A program made the translations under genes and the position numbers. Shown piece after piece: positions 27,197-36,737 of a stretch of DNA of 64,000 bases. The stretch is from an uncultured Eubacterium sp. (GTDB lineage: Bacteria > Bacillota > Clostridia > Oscillospirales > Acutalibacteraceae), in contig NZ_CAKTGT010000007.1 in assembly GCF_934561735.1 (NCBI RefSeq), positions 32,208 through 96,207 on the forward strand. The letters are read 5' to 3'. Every line of letters begins with the position of its first letter. Position 1 is the first letter of the stretch. The notes beneath the pieces were generated by a model. That model saw only the letters and a list, made by a program, of their open reading frames with translations, was not told where the DNA came from and did no database searches.

Positions 27197-28329
27197 AAAA
27201 GACAGTTATTTTTTTGTGTGCTTTGTTATTGTTTTTACTTATTCCCGTATCGTCCTATTCAATGGATTACAGCGAGGAAGAATATAACAAAACGCTTTCG
27301 TCTTATGATTTGTCGTCTTTTGAAAAAGAACTTGACGCCGATACATACAAAATGCTTGATGAACTCGGAGTTCTTGACTTTTCGTATGAGAGTATAACCG
27401 GACTTTCGTTTAACGATATAGTTGATTTGCTTAAATCACTTTTTCAAAAAAAGGCGGAACTTCCGATAAAATCAAGCGTTACGGTTTTGGTTTTTATATT
27501 GCTTTCGGCATTTCTTCAAAGCTTAAAGGCTGAATCGGACGATTCTGTAAATATGATTTATTCCACGGCAACGGCACTTCTTGTTGCCACCGTTGTTCTT
27601 GTAAAACTCACTTCAACCGTGTCGCTTGCTTCAATGGCTATATCCGTTGCTTCAAATTTTGTTTATGCATTTATACCCGTTTTTTGCAGTATAGTTGTTG
27701 CGTCGGGCGGCATAACAACCGGATTTTCAACAAATACAACGCTTCTTATTCTTGCACAGGGGCTTTCGTTTATCTCATCAAATGTTTTTATGCCGATTGT
27801 TAATTGCTATCTTGCACTCGGTGTAACATCTTCACTCAGATACGAACTTAACTTAGACAAGCTGCTTTCTTCTGTCAAGAAAATTATTACAACTTGTATA
27901 TCGTTTGTGTCGGGCGTTTTCGTTTCGGTGTTGTCCGTAAAAACAGCGGTTGCCGGCAGGGCGGATATGCTCGGACTTCGTTCAATCCGCTTTGCGATTA
28001 ATTCCGTTGTGCCAGTTATTGGCTCGTCAATCAGCGAGGGGCTTCTTTCAATTCAGGCTTATTCGTCGCTTATAAAAAGCAGTGTTGGTATAGTCGGAGT
28101 TATGGCGGTTGTTTTAGTATTTTTACCGTCGATAATTGAGGTTGTACTGTGGCGAATTTCGCTTACATTGTGTGTTATAGTGTCCGATGTTTTCGGCGAC
28201 AAATCCGTGTCTGCGGTTCTTAACGCATTTCTTAATACTCTTTTGTTAATCAATGTTATTCTTATTTTGTCAATGGTAACAACCGTTATATCATTTGGCA
28301 TTTTGATAGCGGCGGGAGGTGTCGGATGA
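27193..28329 (+). CDS. spoIIIAE: Stage III sporulation protein AE
   Basis: Multi-TM protein; VPVIG.SIS and IKSSVG..G motifs; operon position. Confidence 0.9.
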   Translation: MKKTVIFLCALLLFLLIPVSSYSMDYSEEEYNKTLSSYDLSSFEKELDADTYKMLDELGVLDFSYESITGLSFNDIVDLLKSLFQKKAELPIKSSVTVLVFILLSAFLQSLKAESDDSVNMIYSTATALLVATVVLVKLTSTVSLASMAISVASNFVYAFIPVFCSIVVASGGITTGFSTNTTLLILAQGLSFISSNVFMPIVNCYLALGVTSSLRYELNLDKLLSSVKKIITTCISFVSGVFVSVLSVKTAVAGRADMLGLRSIRFAINSVVPVIGSSISEGLLSIQAYSSLIKSSVGIVGVMAVVLVFLPSIIEVVLWRISLTLCVIVSDVFGDKSVSAVLNAFLNTLLLINVILILSMVTTVISFGILIAAGGVG

Positions 28330-28754
28330 ATTTTGTAAAACAGTGGACCGTCTTTGTTTGCATAACGGTTTTGATGTGTGTTGTTTTTTCGTTTTTAACG
28401 CCAAAGGGAAGTATGGGCAGGTTTTATAAAACAGTAATCTCGCTTTTTATTTTTCTGTCGTTTCTTTATCCGTTTACACAGTCAAAAATTAACCTTGAAA
28501 TCCCTGAATTTGAAGAAATTAATACATACAGTATAAATGATGAAATGGTAGAAAATCAAATCAAATCCTGCCTTACGGAGCATAATGTAACCGGCTCAAA
28601 TGTAAATTGCACATCAAAAATCAACTCAAACAATGAAATTGAGATAGAAAGCATTATCGTGTCGGTTGCCGATGAATATGATACTTCCGTTGTTCAAAAA
28701 ATTATTTACGACAATTTGTCGCTCAATGCCGAGGTGGTTCATATTGGAGAATAA
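28326..28754 (+). CDS. spoIIIAF: Stage III sporulation protein AF
   Basis: Two N-terminal TMs (W....C...L.P...M.R) and operon position. Confidence 0.8.
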   Translation: MNFVKQWTVFVCITVLMCVVFSFLTPKGSMGRFYKTVISLFIFLSFLYPFTQSKINLEIPEFEEINTYSINDEMVENQIKSCLTEHNVTGSNVNCTSKINSNNEIEIESIIVSVADEYDTSVVQKIIYDNLSLNAEVVHIGE

Positions 28755-29262
28755 AATTAAAGACTGCATCGCTAATTTTAAAAATATGAAGCATAAGGAA
28801 AAACTTCTTGTTTTTGTATGCATATTCGGTGTTGTGCTTATTCTTTTGTCGGAGATTTTACCGTCGGGCACTTCGGCAAGAAAGTCTGAAAGCACCGATT
28901 ATCAACAGTATATTAGTTCGCTTGAAGAAAAAACGGAAAACATTATTTCTTCGATTGACGGCGTCGGCAAATGCAAAGTTATGATTACCTTGCAGGAAAC
29001 AGACGAAAATTTTTATGCTCAAAATACGGATGAAAATACCGACAGCGGTTCTATTTCCAAAAAGAGCGAATATGTATTGTATGAGGATAACAACAACGAT
29101 TCTCCCGTTCTTATCAAACAGTCGTTCCCAAAAGTTATGGGCGTTGCGGTCGTTTGTCAGGGCGGAGACAATGCAAATGTAAAAGAAAAGGTTATTTCTG
29201 CCGTGTCGTCGCTTTTCGGCATATCGTCGGCAAAAATCAGCGTATCAAAAATTAATAGGTGA
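28744..29262 (+). CDS. spoIIIAG: Stage III sporulation protein AG
   Basis: TTG start after GAGGTG; I.GVG.C.VMITL and P.V.GVAVVCQGGD motifs. Confidence 0.92.
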   Translation: MENKIKDCIANFKNMKHKEKLLVFVCIFGVVLILLSEILPSGTSARKSESTDYQQYISSLEEKTENIISSIDGVGKCKVMITLQETDENFYAQNTDENTDSGSISKKSEYVLYEDNNNDSPVLIKQSFPKVMGVAVVCQGGDNANVKEKVISAVSSLFGISSAKISVSKINR

Positions 29263-29266
29263 TTAT

Positions 29267-29968
29267 ATGAAAAGAAAAAACGAACAAACCAATCCGGAAG
29301 AGCAAAGCGTAAAAACCGAAGAAGAACAATTTGCGGAGTTTGAGTCGGAATTTAACGAAAACAATTCTGCCGAAGAACCGCTTGAACTTGTCAATCCCGA
29401 GGATAAAAAAGAGCGTAAAAAGCGTAAAAAATACATATCCGCCGTTGCCGCATTTGTGCTTATTTTGGGTGTCGGTGTTGTAGGTAATTGGTATTATCAA
29501 AACACCGATGTTAGTTCCACCATTCAGCCGATTATCGATTCGGCAACTGAAAAAACGCTCGGCAAGGCAGAACTTGTGGATGCAACCACAACCGATGTCA
29601 GCGAGGAAAATACATATTTTACAAAGGCTCGTATGGAGCGTAACACCGCAAGAGATACGGCACTTGAAAAGCTGCAAACAGTCATTTCCAACACCTCCGA
29701 AACCGAAGCCGCACGCACAGCCGCCGCAGAAAATGTTGCAAGAATATCCAATTTTATCACAATCGAAAATAAAATTGAAACTCTTGTTTGTGCAAAAGGA
29801 ATCAATAATTGCATTGCCGTAATTAAAGATGACGGCTCGGGTGTGGATATTGTGGTTGATTGCGAAACGCTTGACGATACCACTATTCTTCAAATCAAAG
29901 ATATTGCAATGTCGCAGCTTCAGTGCGGTTTTGAGGATGTTTCGATTATCCAATCTAATAATAAATAA
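29267..29968 (+). CDS. spoIIIAH: Stage III sporulation protein AH
   Basis: TM, YF..ARMER...R and E..IETLV.AKG motifs. Confidence 0.9.
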   Translation: MKRKNEQTNPEEQSVKTEEEQFAEFESEFNENNSAEEPLELVNPEDKKERKKRKKYISAVAAFVLILGVGVVGNWYYQNTDVSSTIQPIIDSATEKTLGKAELVDATTTDVSEENTYFTKARMERNTARDTALEKLQTVISNTSETEAARTAAAENVARISNFITIENKIETLVCAKGINNCIAVIKDDGSGVDIVVDCETLDDTTILQIKDIAMSQLQCGFEDVSIIQSNNK

Positions 29969-29977
29969 ATTATTCTC

Positions 29978-30006
29978 TTGTATATTTATTCCTTATGTGT
30001 TATAAT
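29978..30006 (+). promoter_or_regulatory. sigmaA-type promoter of asp23
   Basis: TTGTAT-17 bp-TATAAT with extended -10 TG. Confidence 0.7.
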
Positions 30007-30031
30007 AATGAACACCAAAGGAGTTATGTAT

Positions 30032-30424
30032 ATGGAAATTACACGATCAAACGAAAAAGGCAACCTTATTATCAACGAAGAAGCAATTTCATCAATCGCA
30101 ATCAATGCCGCAAAGGATGTTGACGGCGTAAGTTCTTTTTCAAGTAAGCCGATGGATGTTGTCGGCACAATTAAAAAAGGAAGCCTTAAGGTAATGAGTC
30201 CCGTGCGTATCACTCAGGACGGCGACGATATGGATATAAGCATCTATATCAATCTCCTTCCTAACAAAAAAATCAAGGCTGTGTCCGAAAATGTACAGCG
30301 TAATGTACACGAGGCAATCCTTAATATGACCGGCAAAGAAGTTTCTAAGGTTAATGTAATTATTGCCGGCATTGATTTTCCGGAGAGCGGCGACTCCAAT
30401 GCACCTTTAACAAGTGAAAAATAA
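30032..30424 (+). CDS. Asp23/Gls24-family protein
   Basis: G.L.I.EE.I..IA..A..DVDGV and VQ..V.EAI.NMTG..V..VNV; ATG after AAGGAG. Confidence 0.9.
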   Translation: MEITRSNEKGNLIINEEAISSIAINAAKDVDGVSSFSSKPMDVVGTIKKGSLKVMSPVRITQDGDDMDISIYINLLPNKKIKAVSENVQRNVHEAILNMTGKEVSKVNVIIAGIDFPESGDSNAPLTSEK

Positions 30425-30430
30425 TAAGTT

Positions 30431-30468
30431 GCCGACTCGATATTGTGTTGTTTGAGTCGGCTTTTTTT
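30431..30468 (+). terminator. Intra-operon intrinsic terminator between asp23 and nusB
   Basis: GCCGACTCGA...TTGAGTCGGC followed by T7. Confidence 0.8.
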
Positions 30469-30480
30469 GTAGGAGAATAT

Positions 30481-30864
30481 ATGAGCAGAACAGAACAAAG
30501 AGAACAGGCTTTTTGCCTTGTGTTTCAAAATCTTTTTAATAATGAGGAAACTCTTGCCATTTATGAAGAAAATGTGGCAAAGGTCGGCAATTATGCCAAG
30601 GCACTTTTTGAGGGCGTAGACTCAAAGATCGAAGAACTTGATGAGATAATCAATGCCTATTCAAAAGGGTGGAAAACGAACAGGCTTCCAAAGGTTAACC
30701 TTGCAATTCTTCGCCTTGCAATTTACGAAATTAAGTATGTTGACGATGTTCCCGCAAGTGTTGCAATCAACGAGGCTGTTGAACTTGCAAAGAAATATTC
30801 GGGCGAGGGCGACTATTCGTTCATCAACGGTGTTTTAGGCTCTGTTGCAAAGGGAGAAGAGTAA
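30481..30864 (+). CDS. nusB: Transcription antitermination factor NusB
   Basis: ILRLAIYEI, VAINEAVELAKKY, FINGVLG. Confidence 0.96.
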   Translation: MSRTEQREQAFCLVFQNLFNNEETLAIYEENVAKVGNYAKALFEGVDSKIEELDEIINAYSKGWKTNRLPKVNLAILRLAIYEIKYVDDVPASVAINEAVELAKKYSGEGDYSFINGVLGSVAKGEE

Positions 30865-31778
30865 TGTATATCGGCTTTGATACAAGCAATTATACAACTT
30901 CTGTTGCAACTTATGACGGCAAAACCGTTTGTCAGGCTAAGCAGGTGCTCACCGTAAAACCCGGTGAAAGAGGACTTCGTCAAAGCGATGCCGTGTTTCA
31001 GCATACGGTCAATATGCCGAAGCTGTGCAAAGAACTTGAGTTTGAAGTACCGCAAGCCGTGGGCGTTAGTACCCGACCTCGTAATGTTGACGGCAGCTAT
31101 ATGCCGTGCTTTTTGGTTGGCGAAAATGTTGCAACCGTGCTTTCAAGTGTGAATGTTGTGCCTATGTACAAAACTTCGCATCAGGTTGGGCACATTCTTG
31201 CCGCACTTTATTCGGCAGATATGCTTGAACTGATTAACCAAAGGTTCATTGCATTTCATTTGAGCGGCGGCACAACCGAGGCACTTATTGTTGAGCCCGA
31301 TGATGAAGAAATAATCAAGGCAACCGTTGTTGCTCAAAGTACGGATTTAAAAGCAGGACAGGCTGTTGACAGAACAGGCGTAATGCTCGGTATGACTTTT
31401 CCGTGCGGCAAAGAACTTGACGCTCTTTCACAAAAAAACGAAAAGAATTATAAGATTAAACCCACTATGCTTGACGGCGATTGTTCGTTGAGCGGTGTTG
31501 AGAATAAAGCAAGAAATATGATTGACAAGGGCGAGTCGGCACAGGATGTTGCCAAGTTTGTACTTACTTACATTGCCGAAACCGTATCGTCAATGCTCGG
31601 CGGAGTTGTGCAAAAGTACGGCGATTTGCCTGTTGTGTTTTCAGGCGGTGTTGCATCAAATTCCTTGCTTCGCAAAATTATTAACGAAAGATATAACGCA
31701 TATTTTGCCGCAAGCGAGTTTTCGCTTGATAACGCTGCAGGCACGGCGATTTATGCGTATTTGAAAGATAACAGATAA
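30864..31778 (+). CDS. Kae1/TsaD-like (peptidase M22/ASKHA) paralog
   Basis: GFDTSNYTTS, DAVFQH, HQVGH (HxxxH), HLSGGTTE, GQAVDR, SGGVASN, DNA. Confidence 0.85.
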   Translation: MYIGFDTSNYTTSVATYDGKTVCQAKQVLTVKPGERGLRQSDAVFQHTVNMPKLCKELEFEVPQAVGVSTRPRNVDGSYMPCFLVGENVATVLSSVNVVPMYKTSHQVGHILAALYSADMLELINQRFIAFHLSGGTTEALIVEPDDEEIIKATVVAQSTDLKAGQAVDRTGVMLGMTFPCGKELDALSQKNEKNYKIKPTMLDGDCSLSGVENKARNMIDKGESAQDVAKFVLTYIAETVSSMLGGVVQKYGDLPVVFSGGVASNSLLRKIINERYNAYFAASEFSLDNAAGTAIYAYLKDNR

Positions 31779-32980
31779 TGACTACTCTTACCGTTTCACA
31801 AATCAACAGATATATCAAGTCGCTTTTTGACGAAATTCCGCCTATACAAAACATTTATGTAATGGGCGAAATTTCCAATTTTAAGCATTATCGTCAAAGC
31901 GGTCATATGTATTTTACGCTCAAAGACAGCTCATCACAGCTAAAATGCGTTATGTTTGCAACCGATAATTATAAATTGAAATTTATTCCCAAAGACGGTA
32001 TGAATGTTGTGTGCTTCGGTCAAATCGGCGTTTATGAGCGTGACGGTGTTTATCAGCTTTATGTTCGTGACATTCAGCCTAAGGGCGCAGGTGATTTGGC
32101 TGTTGCCTTTGAACAACTCAAAGCAAAGCTTGCACAAAAAGGCTATTTTGACGAAGAACTTAAAAAGCCTATTCCGATGTATCCGCAAAAAATCGGCGTT
32201 GCCACATCAAATATGGGTGCGGCTGTCGAGGATATAAAAAATGTTATTTCACGCCGCTATCCGCTGTGTGAGATAATTATTGTTCCCACCGTCGTTCAGG
32301 GTGAAGCCGCTTCAAAGGACATTGCTTCGTCCGTTAAATTTTTGGATAAACTCGGCGTTGACACAATTATTGTCGGCAGGGGCGGCGGCTCAATCGAAGA
32401 TTTGTGGGCATTTAATACCGAGGAAGTTGCCGATGCCATATATAATTGCAAAACTCCGATTATTTCCGCTGTCGGCCACGAAACGGATTTTACAATCTGC
32501 GACTTTGTTGCCGATCTCAGAGCACCTACTCCGAGTGCCGCCGCAGAACTTGCGGTTCCCGATATTAACAACGAATATATCAATCTTCAGGGACTCGAAC
32601 TGATGCTTGATAAAAATATAGAAAATATCGTTCAGGGCGAGGAAGCAAGGCTTGATTATATTATGAACAAATCACCGCTTGCCGATATAGACAAGCTGTT
32701 TGATTTTCAAACTTCGGTTATCGAAAATTATGAAAAAAATATAAGATTGCATTACGAAACCATACTCAAAAGCAAGGCGTTTGATTTAAAGAAAAATGCC
32801 GCTATGCTTGATGCACTCAGCCCTCTTGCCGTTATAGGCAGAGGTTACACCATAACGGAAAAAGACGGCATTGTTTTGACAGATGTATCAAATGCAAATG
32901 TCGGCGACAGTATTGTAACAAAATTTAAAAACGGCACGCTTGTGTCCGAAATTACAGAGGTTAAAAATAATGGCAACTAA
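31778..32980 (+). CDS. xseA: Exodeoxyribonuclease VII large subunit
   Basis: GEISNF, GHMYFTLKD, GRGGGSIEDLWAFN, SAVGHETD, RAPTPSAAAE. Confidence 0.97.
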   Translation: MTTLTVSQINRYIKSLFDEIPPIQNIYVMGEISNFKHYRQSGHMYFTLKDSSSQLKCVMFATDNYKLKFIPKDGMNVVCFGQIGVYERDGVYQLYVRDIQPKGAGDLAVAFEQLKAKLAQKGYFDEELKKPIPMYPQKIGVATSNMGAAVEDIKNVISRRYPLCEIIIVPTVVQGEAASKDIASSVKFLDKLGVDTIIVGRGGGSIEDLWAFNTEEVADAIYNCKTPIISAVGHETDFTICDFVADLRAPTPSAAAELAVPDINNEYINLQGLELMLDKNIENIVQGEEARLDYIMNKSPLADIDKLFDFQTSVIENYEKNIRLHYETILKSKAFDLKKNAAMLDALSPLAVIGRGYTITEKDGIVLTDVSNANVGDSIVTKFKNGTLVSEITEVKNNGN

Positions 32981-33164
32981 AAAAGAACTCACATATGAAC
33001 AGGCAATTTCCCGCCTTGAAGAAATTGTCGGCATTCTTGAAAAAAACGAAGTTTCTCTTGATGAGGCGTTGGCACTTTTTGAAGAGGGCACAAAGCTTAC
33101 TTCATTTTGTGCCGATAAGCTCAAAAACGCAAAAGCAAAGATTACAGAGATTAATAAGGAGTAA
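32970..33164 (+). CDS. xseB: Exodeoxyribonuclease VII small subunit
   Basis: YEQAISRLEEIV..LE...SLDEAL..FEEG. Confidence 0.95.
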   Translation: MATKKELTYEQAISRLEEIVGILEKNEVSLDEALALFEEGTKLTSFCADKLKNAKAKITEINKE

Positions 33165-33166
33165 AA

Positions 33167-34051
33167 ATGTTTACTGTTGATGTTAAGAAAAAACTTGAAG
33201 AATACAGCGAAGATGTCTCAAAGCATTTAACCGAATATTTACCAAAGGCAAATGACGGTCAGGCTCAGGTTGTAAAAGCTATGAGATATTCGCTTCTCAA
33301 CGGCGGCAAAAGATTAAGACCCGTATTTGTTCTTGAATTTTGCAAAATGTGCGGCGGAGATGCCGAAAAAGCAATGGCTTATGCCTGTGCAATCGAATAT
33401 ATACATACTTATTCGCTCATTCATGATGACTTGCCTTGTATGGATGATGACGATATGCGTAGAGGCAATCCGTCCTGTCATAAAATGTACGGCGAGGCAA
33501 CTGCACTTTTGGCAGGTGACGCACTTCTTACTCATGCATTTGAAATCTGTTCGGGTGCGGATTTTGACGATACAAAAAATGTCACGGCTGTCAGCCTTTT
33601 GGCACAAAATGCAGGTGTCGGCGGTATGATCGGCGGTCAGGTCATAGACTTAAAGTACGAATCGTGCGACCCTACCGTGTCAGAGATTTTGACTGTTCAT
33701 AAGCTTAAAACAGGTGCTCTCATTTCTGCGGCTTGCTTGCTCGGTTGTATTGCCGCAGGTGCAGACGAAGAAAAAATAGCACTTGCTTCAAAGTATGCTT
33801 ATCTTATCGGTACGGCATTTCAAATCAAGGATGATTTGCTTGATATTTACGGAGATGAAGCAAAACTCGGCAAGCATGTTGGCTCCGATGCCGATAATGA
33901 CAAGACAACTTATGTTACTCTTGTCGGTGCCGAAAAGGCACAGCAGGATGTGGAAACGCTTACCGCTTCAGCAGTTGAAATTCTGCAAAAGTTTGATAAT
34001 AACGAATTTATGGTGGCACTGTCAAATTATCTCACCACCAGAGAAAATTGA
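33167..34051 (+). CDS. ispA: Polyprenyl (geranyl/farnesyl) diphosphate synthase
   Basis: GGKRLRP, SLIHDDLPCMDDD, FQIKDD. Confidence 0.93.
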   Translation: MFTVDVKKKLEEYSEDVSKHLTEYLPKANDGQAQVVKAMRYSLLNGGKRLRPVFVLEFCKMCGGDAEKAMAYACAIEYIHTYSLIHDDLPCMDDDDMRRGNPSCHKMYGEATALLAGDALLTHAFEICSGADFDDTKNVTAVSLLAQNAGVGGMIGGQVIDLKYESCDPTVSEILTVHKLKTGALISAACLLGCIAAGADEEKIALASKYAYLIGTAFQIKDDLLDIYGDEAKLGKHVGSDADNDKTTYVTLVGAEKAQQDVETLTASAVEILQKFDNNEFMVALSNYLTTREN

Positions 34052-34081
34052 GCGTTACGCTGACAGAAAAGAGTTGAGTTT

Positions 34082-35917
34082 ATGTCATATCTTGAGAATA
34101 TTAATTCCCCCAAAGATATAAAAAAACTTAATATAGACGAACTTGATGCACTGTGCGGCGAAATCAGAGAGGTTATGATAGATACCGTATCTAAAAACGG
34201 CGGCCATTTGGCGTCAAACCTCGGTGCAGTTGAACTTACGGTTGCACTTCATAAGGTTTTTAATTCGCCGAGTGACCAGATTGTATTCGATGTCGGTCAT
34301 CAGTGCTATACACATAAAATACTTACAGGCAGAAAAGAAAAGTTTTCCACCCTCCGTACCGAGGGCGGTATAAGCGGATTTACCCGTCCGTGTGAAAGTA
34401 AGCACGATATTTTTTCTTCGGGCCATTCCTCCACATCCATTTCTGCCGCTATCGGTCTTGCAAAGGCTAAAACATTGAACGGTGACAAAGGCAAGGTTAT
34501 TGCCGTTATCGGTGACGGTGCTTTAACAGGCGGTCTTGCCTACGAGGCACTTAACAATGCCGGCAATGAGCATAACAATCTTATAGTAATATTAAATGAT
34601 AATAATATGTCTATAAGCGACAATGTCGGCTCTATGGCAAAGAATCTTAACCATATCCGCATTTCACCAAAATATTTCACCTTTAAGTCAAAGGTTCAGC
34701 GTGCACTTGCAAAAATGCCTAAAATCGGTGCACAGGTTCAAAGGTTTATTACCTTGACCAATTCAAAAATCAGAAAAAAGCTTTATCACTCAACAATGTT
34801 TGAGGATTTGGGCTTTAGATATTACGGACCTATCGACGGTCACGATATGGAAAGCCTTATTGATGTTTTAACCGTTGCAAAGGCACATAATCACAGCGTC
34901 CTTATTCATATCAACACACTTAAAGGTAAGGGCTATGAATTTGCCGAAAAGTATCCGTCAAAATTCCACGGTATCGGTAAGTTTAATATCGAAACGGGCG
35001 AACCGCTTTCATCAGGTACAAACTATTCTGCCGTGTTCGGTGATTATTTGTGTGAACTTGCAAACAAGGACAAGCGTATTTGTGCAATCACTGCGGCTAT
35101 GAGCACCGGTACGGGACTTGTGGATTTTTCCCAAAAGTTCCCGGAAAAATTTTTTGATGTCGGCATTGCAGAGGAACACGCCGTTACATTTTCTTCCGGC
35201 CTTGCAAAAAACGGTATGATTCCGTTCTTTGCCGTGTATTCAACATTTCTTCAAAGGTCGTACGACCAGCTTGTGCATGATGTTGCAATGCAGGATTTAA
35301 AGGTTATTTTCGGCATAGACCGTGCAGGCTTTGTCGGTGAGGACGGCGAAAGTCATCAAGGCGTATTTGATACGGCTTATCTTATGAGTGTGCCTAATCT
35401 TACCGTATTTGCTCCGTCATCATATGCCGAACTGAGGGATATGATGTACCAAGCCGCATACAGAGAACAGCATGCCGTCGCAATTCGCTATCCGCGAGGA
35501 GGCGAGGGTAAAATCATTGACGGCTATACATACGAGCGTGCCGATTATGATGTGTTCGGTGACACTTCGGCAGAAAAATGTATTGTCGGCTTCGGCAGAG
35601 AATTCCTTAATGTTTATGAAGCCCTCGGTGAACTTGATAATACCTTTGCGATAAAACTAAATAAAATTAAACCTATTAACCCGAACATAACGGAACTTCT
35701 TAAAAATACAAAGTATGTTTATTTCTTTGAAGAGGGAATAAAGTCGGGCGGAGTAGGCGAGTGCTTCGGTTCAATGCTTGCCGAAAGCGATGTGTCGGCA
35801 AAATACCGCCATATATGCGTTGAGGATGAATTTATTAAGCAGGCGAGCGTTGAAAGCCAGTTGAAAAAATATAAACTTGATAAAGATTCAATTATTAATA
35901 CAGTAAATCAGGATTAA
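34082..35917 (+). CDS. dxs: 1-deoxy-D-xylulose-5-phosphate synthase
   Basis: GGHLASNLG, DVGHQ.Y.HK, GHSSTSIS, GDGALT, DVGIAEEHA, YSTFLQR. Confidence 0.97.
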   Translation: MSYLENINSPKDIKKLNIDELDALCGEIREVMIDTVSKNGGHLASNLGAVELTVALHKVFNSPSDQIVFDVGHQCYTHKILTGRKEKFSTLRTEGGISGFTRPCESKHDIFSSGHSSTSISAAIGLAKAKTLNGDKGKVIAVIGDGALTGGLAYEALNNAGNEHNNLIVILNDNNMSISDNVGSMAKNLNHIRISPKYFTFKSKVQRALAKMPKIGAQVQRFITLTNSKIRKKLYHSTMFEDLGFRYYGPIDGHDMESLIDVLTVAKAHNHSVLIHINTLKGKGYEFAEKYPSKFHGIGKFNIETGEPLSSGTNYSAVFGDYLCELANKDKRICAITAAMSTGTGLVDFSQKFPEKFFDVGIAEEHAVTFSSGLAKNGMIPFFAVYSTFLQRSYDQLVHDVAMQDLKVIFGIDRAGFVGEDGESHQGVFDTAYLMSVPNLTVFAPSSYAELRDMMYQAAYREQHAVAIRYPRGGEGKIIDGYTYERADYDVFGDTSAEKCIVGFGREFLNVYEALGELDNTFAIKLNKIKPINPNITELLKNTKYVYFFEEGIKSGGVGECFGSMLAESDVSAKYRHICVEDEFIKQASVESQLKKYKLDKDSIINTVNQD

Positions 35918-35919
35918 TT

Positions 35920-36729
35920 ATGCAAAAGAAAACAAGACTTGATGTTGCCGTATTTGAGCAGGGTTATGCCCCAAGCAGGGAAAAAGCCAAGGCTATAATT
36001 ATGGCAGGTATAGTATATGTAAACAATCAAAAAGTTGACAAGGCGGGTTTTGAACTTAAAGAGGGAGATGTTCTCGAGGTAAGAGGTAAAACACTTCAGT
36101 ATGTTTCCCGCGGAGGATTAAAGCTTGAAAAAGCTATGCAAGAATTCCCTATAACTCTTGAGGGCAAGGTTTGTATGGATGTAGGTGCTTCAACGGGCGG
36201 CTTTACCGATTGTATGCTCCAAAACGGTGCAGTTAAGGTGTATTCCGTTGATGTAGGTTACGGTCAGCTTGCGTGGAAACTGAGAACAGACGAAAGAGTT
36301 GTTAATTTGGAACGCACAAATTTCAGATATGCAACCCGTGAGCAAATTCCCGATGAGATAGATTTTGCTTCCGTTGATGTTTCGTTTATTTCTCTCAAGC
36401 ATATTTTGCCTAATTTGAATACGCTCCTTGCTCCCGACGGACAGGCAGTTTGCCTTATCAAGCCTCAGTTTGAAGCAGGCAAGGAAAAGGTAGGTAAAAA
36501 AGGCGTTGTAAGGGATTTGAATGTTCATTTGGAAGTTGTTGAAAATGTAATAAATCTTGCCGTTGAAAACGGTTTCAGCGTTATGGGCCTTCAATTTTCT
36601 CCGATTAAAGGCCCCGAGGGTAATATTGAATATTTGATTTATCTCAATAAGTCGACAACCCCGATTGTCAGCGAAAATGTAAACGCCAAAGAACTTGTAA
36701 ATATGTCACATACAGAACTTGATAAGTAG
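35920..36729 (+). CDS. tlyA: TlyA-family rRNA (cytidine-2'-O)-methyltransferase
   Basis: S4 domain, YVSRGGLKL, DVGASTGGFTD, DVSFISL, KPQFEA, GNIEY. Confidence 0.95.
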   Translation: MQKKTRLDVAVFEQGYAPSREKAKAIIMAGIVYVNNQKVDKAGFELKEGDVLEVRGKTLQYVSRGGLKLEKAMQEFPITLEGKVCMDVGASTGGFTDCMLQNGAVKVYSVDVGYGQLAWKLRTDERVVNLERTNFRYATREQIPDEIDFASVDVSFISLKHILPNLNTLLAPDGQAVCLIKPQFEAGKEKVGKKGVVRDLNVHLEVVENVINLAVENGFSVMGLQFSPIKGPEGNIEYLIYLNKSTTPIVSENVNAKELVNMSHTELDK

Positions 36730-36737
36730 GTGAAAAT

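Noticed and set aside
28504..28532. Internal sigmaE promoter in spoIIIAF (CATACAGT at 28525)
   Set aside because: The -10 is good, but there is no ATA-type -35 at the 14-bp spacing.
35920..36729. TlyA as a haemolysin or virulence factor
   Set aside because: It sits in the standard dxs-tlyA-nadK-argR-recN housekeeping context with rRNA methyltransferase motifs.
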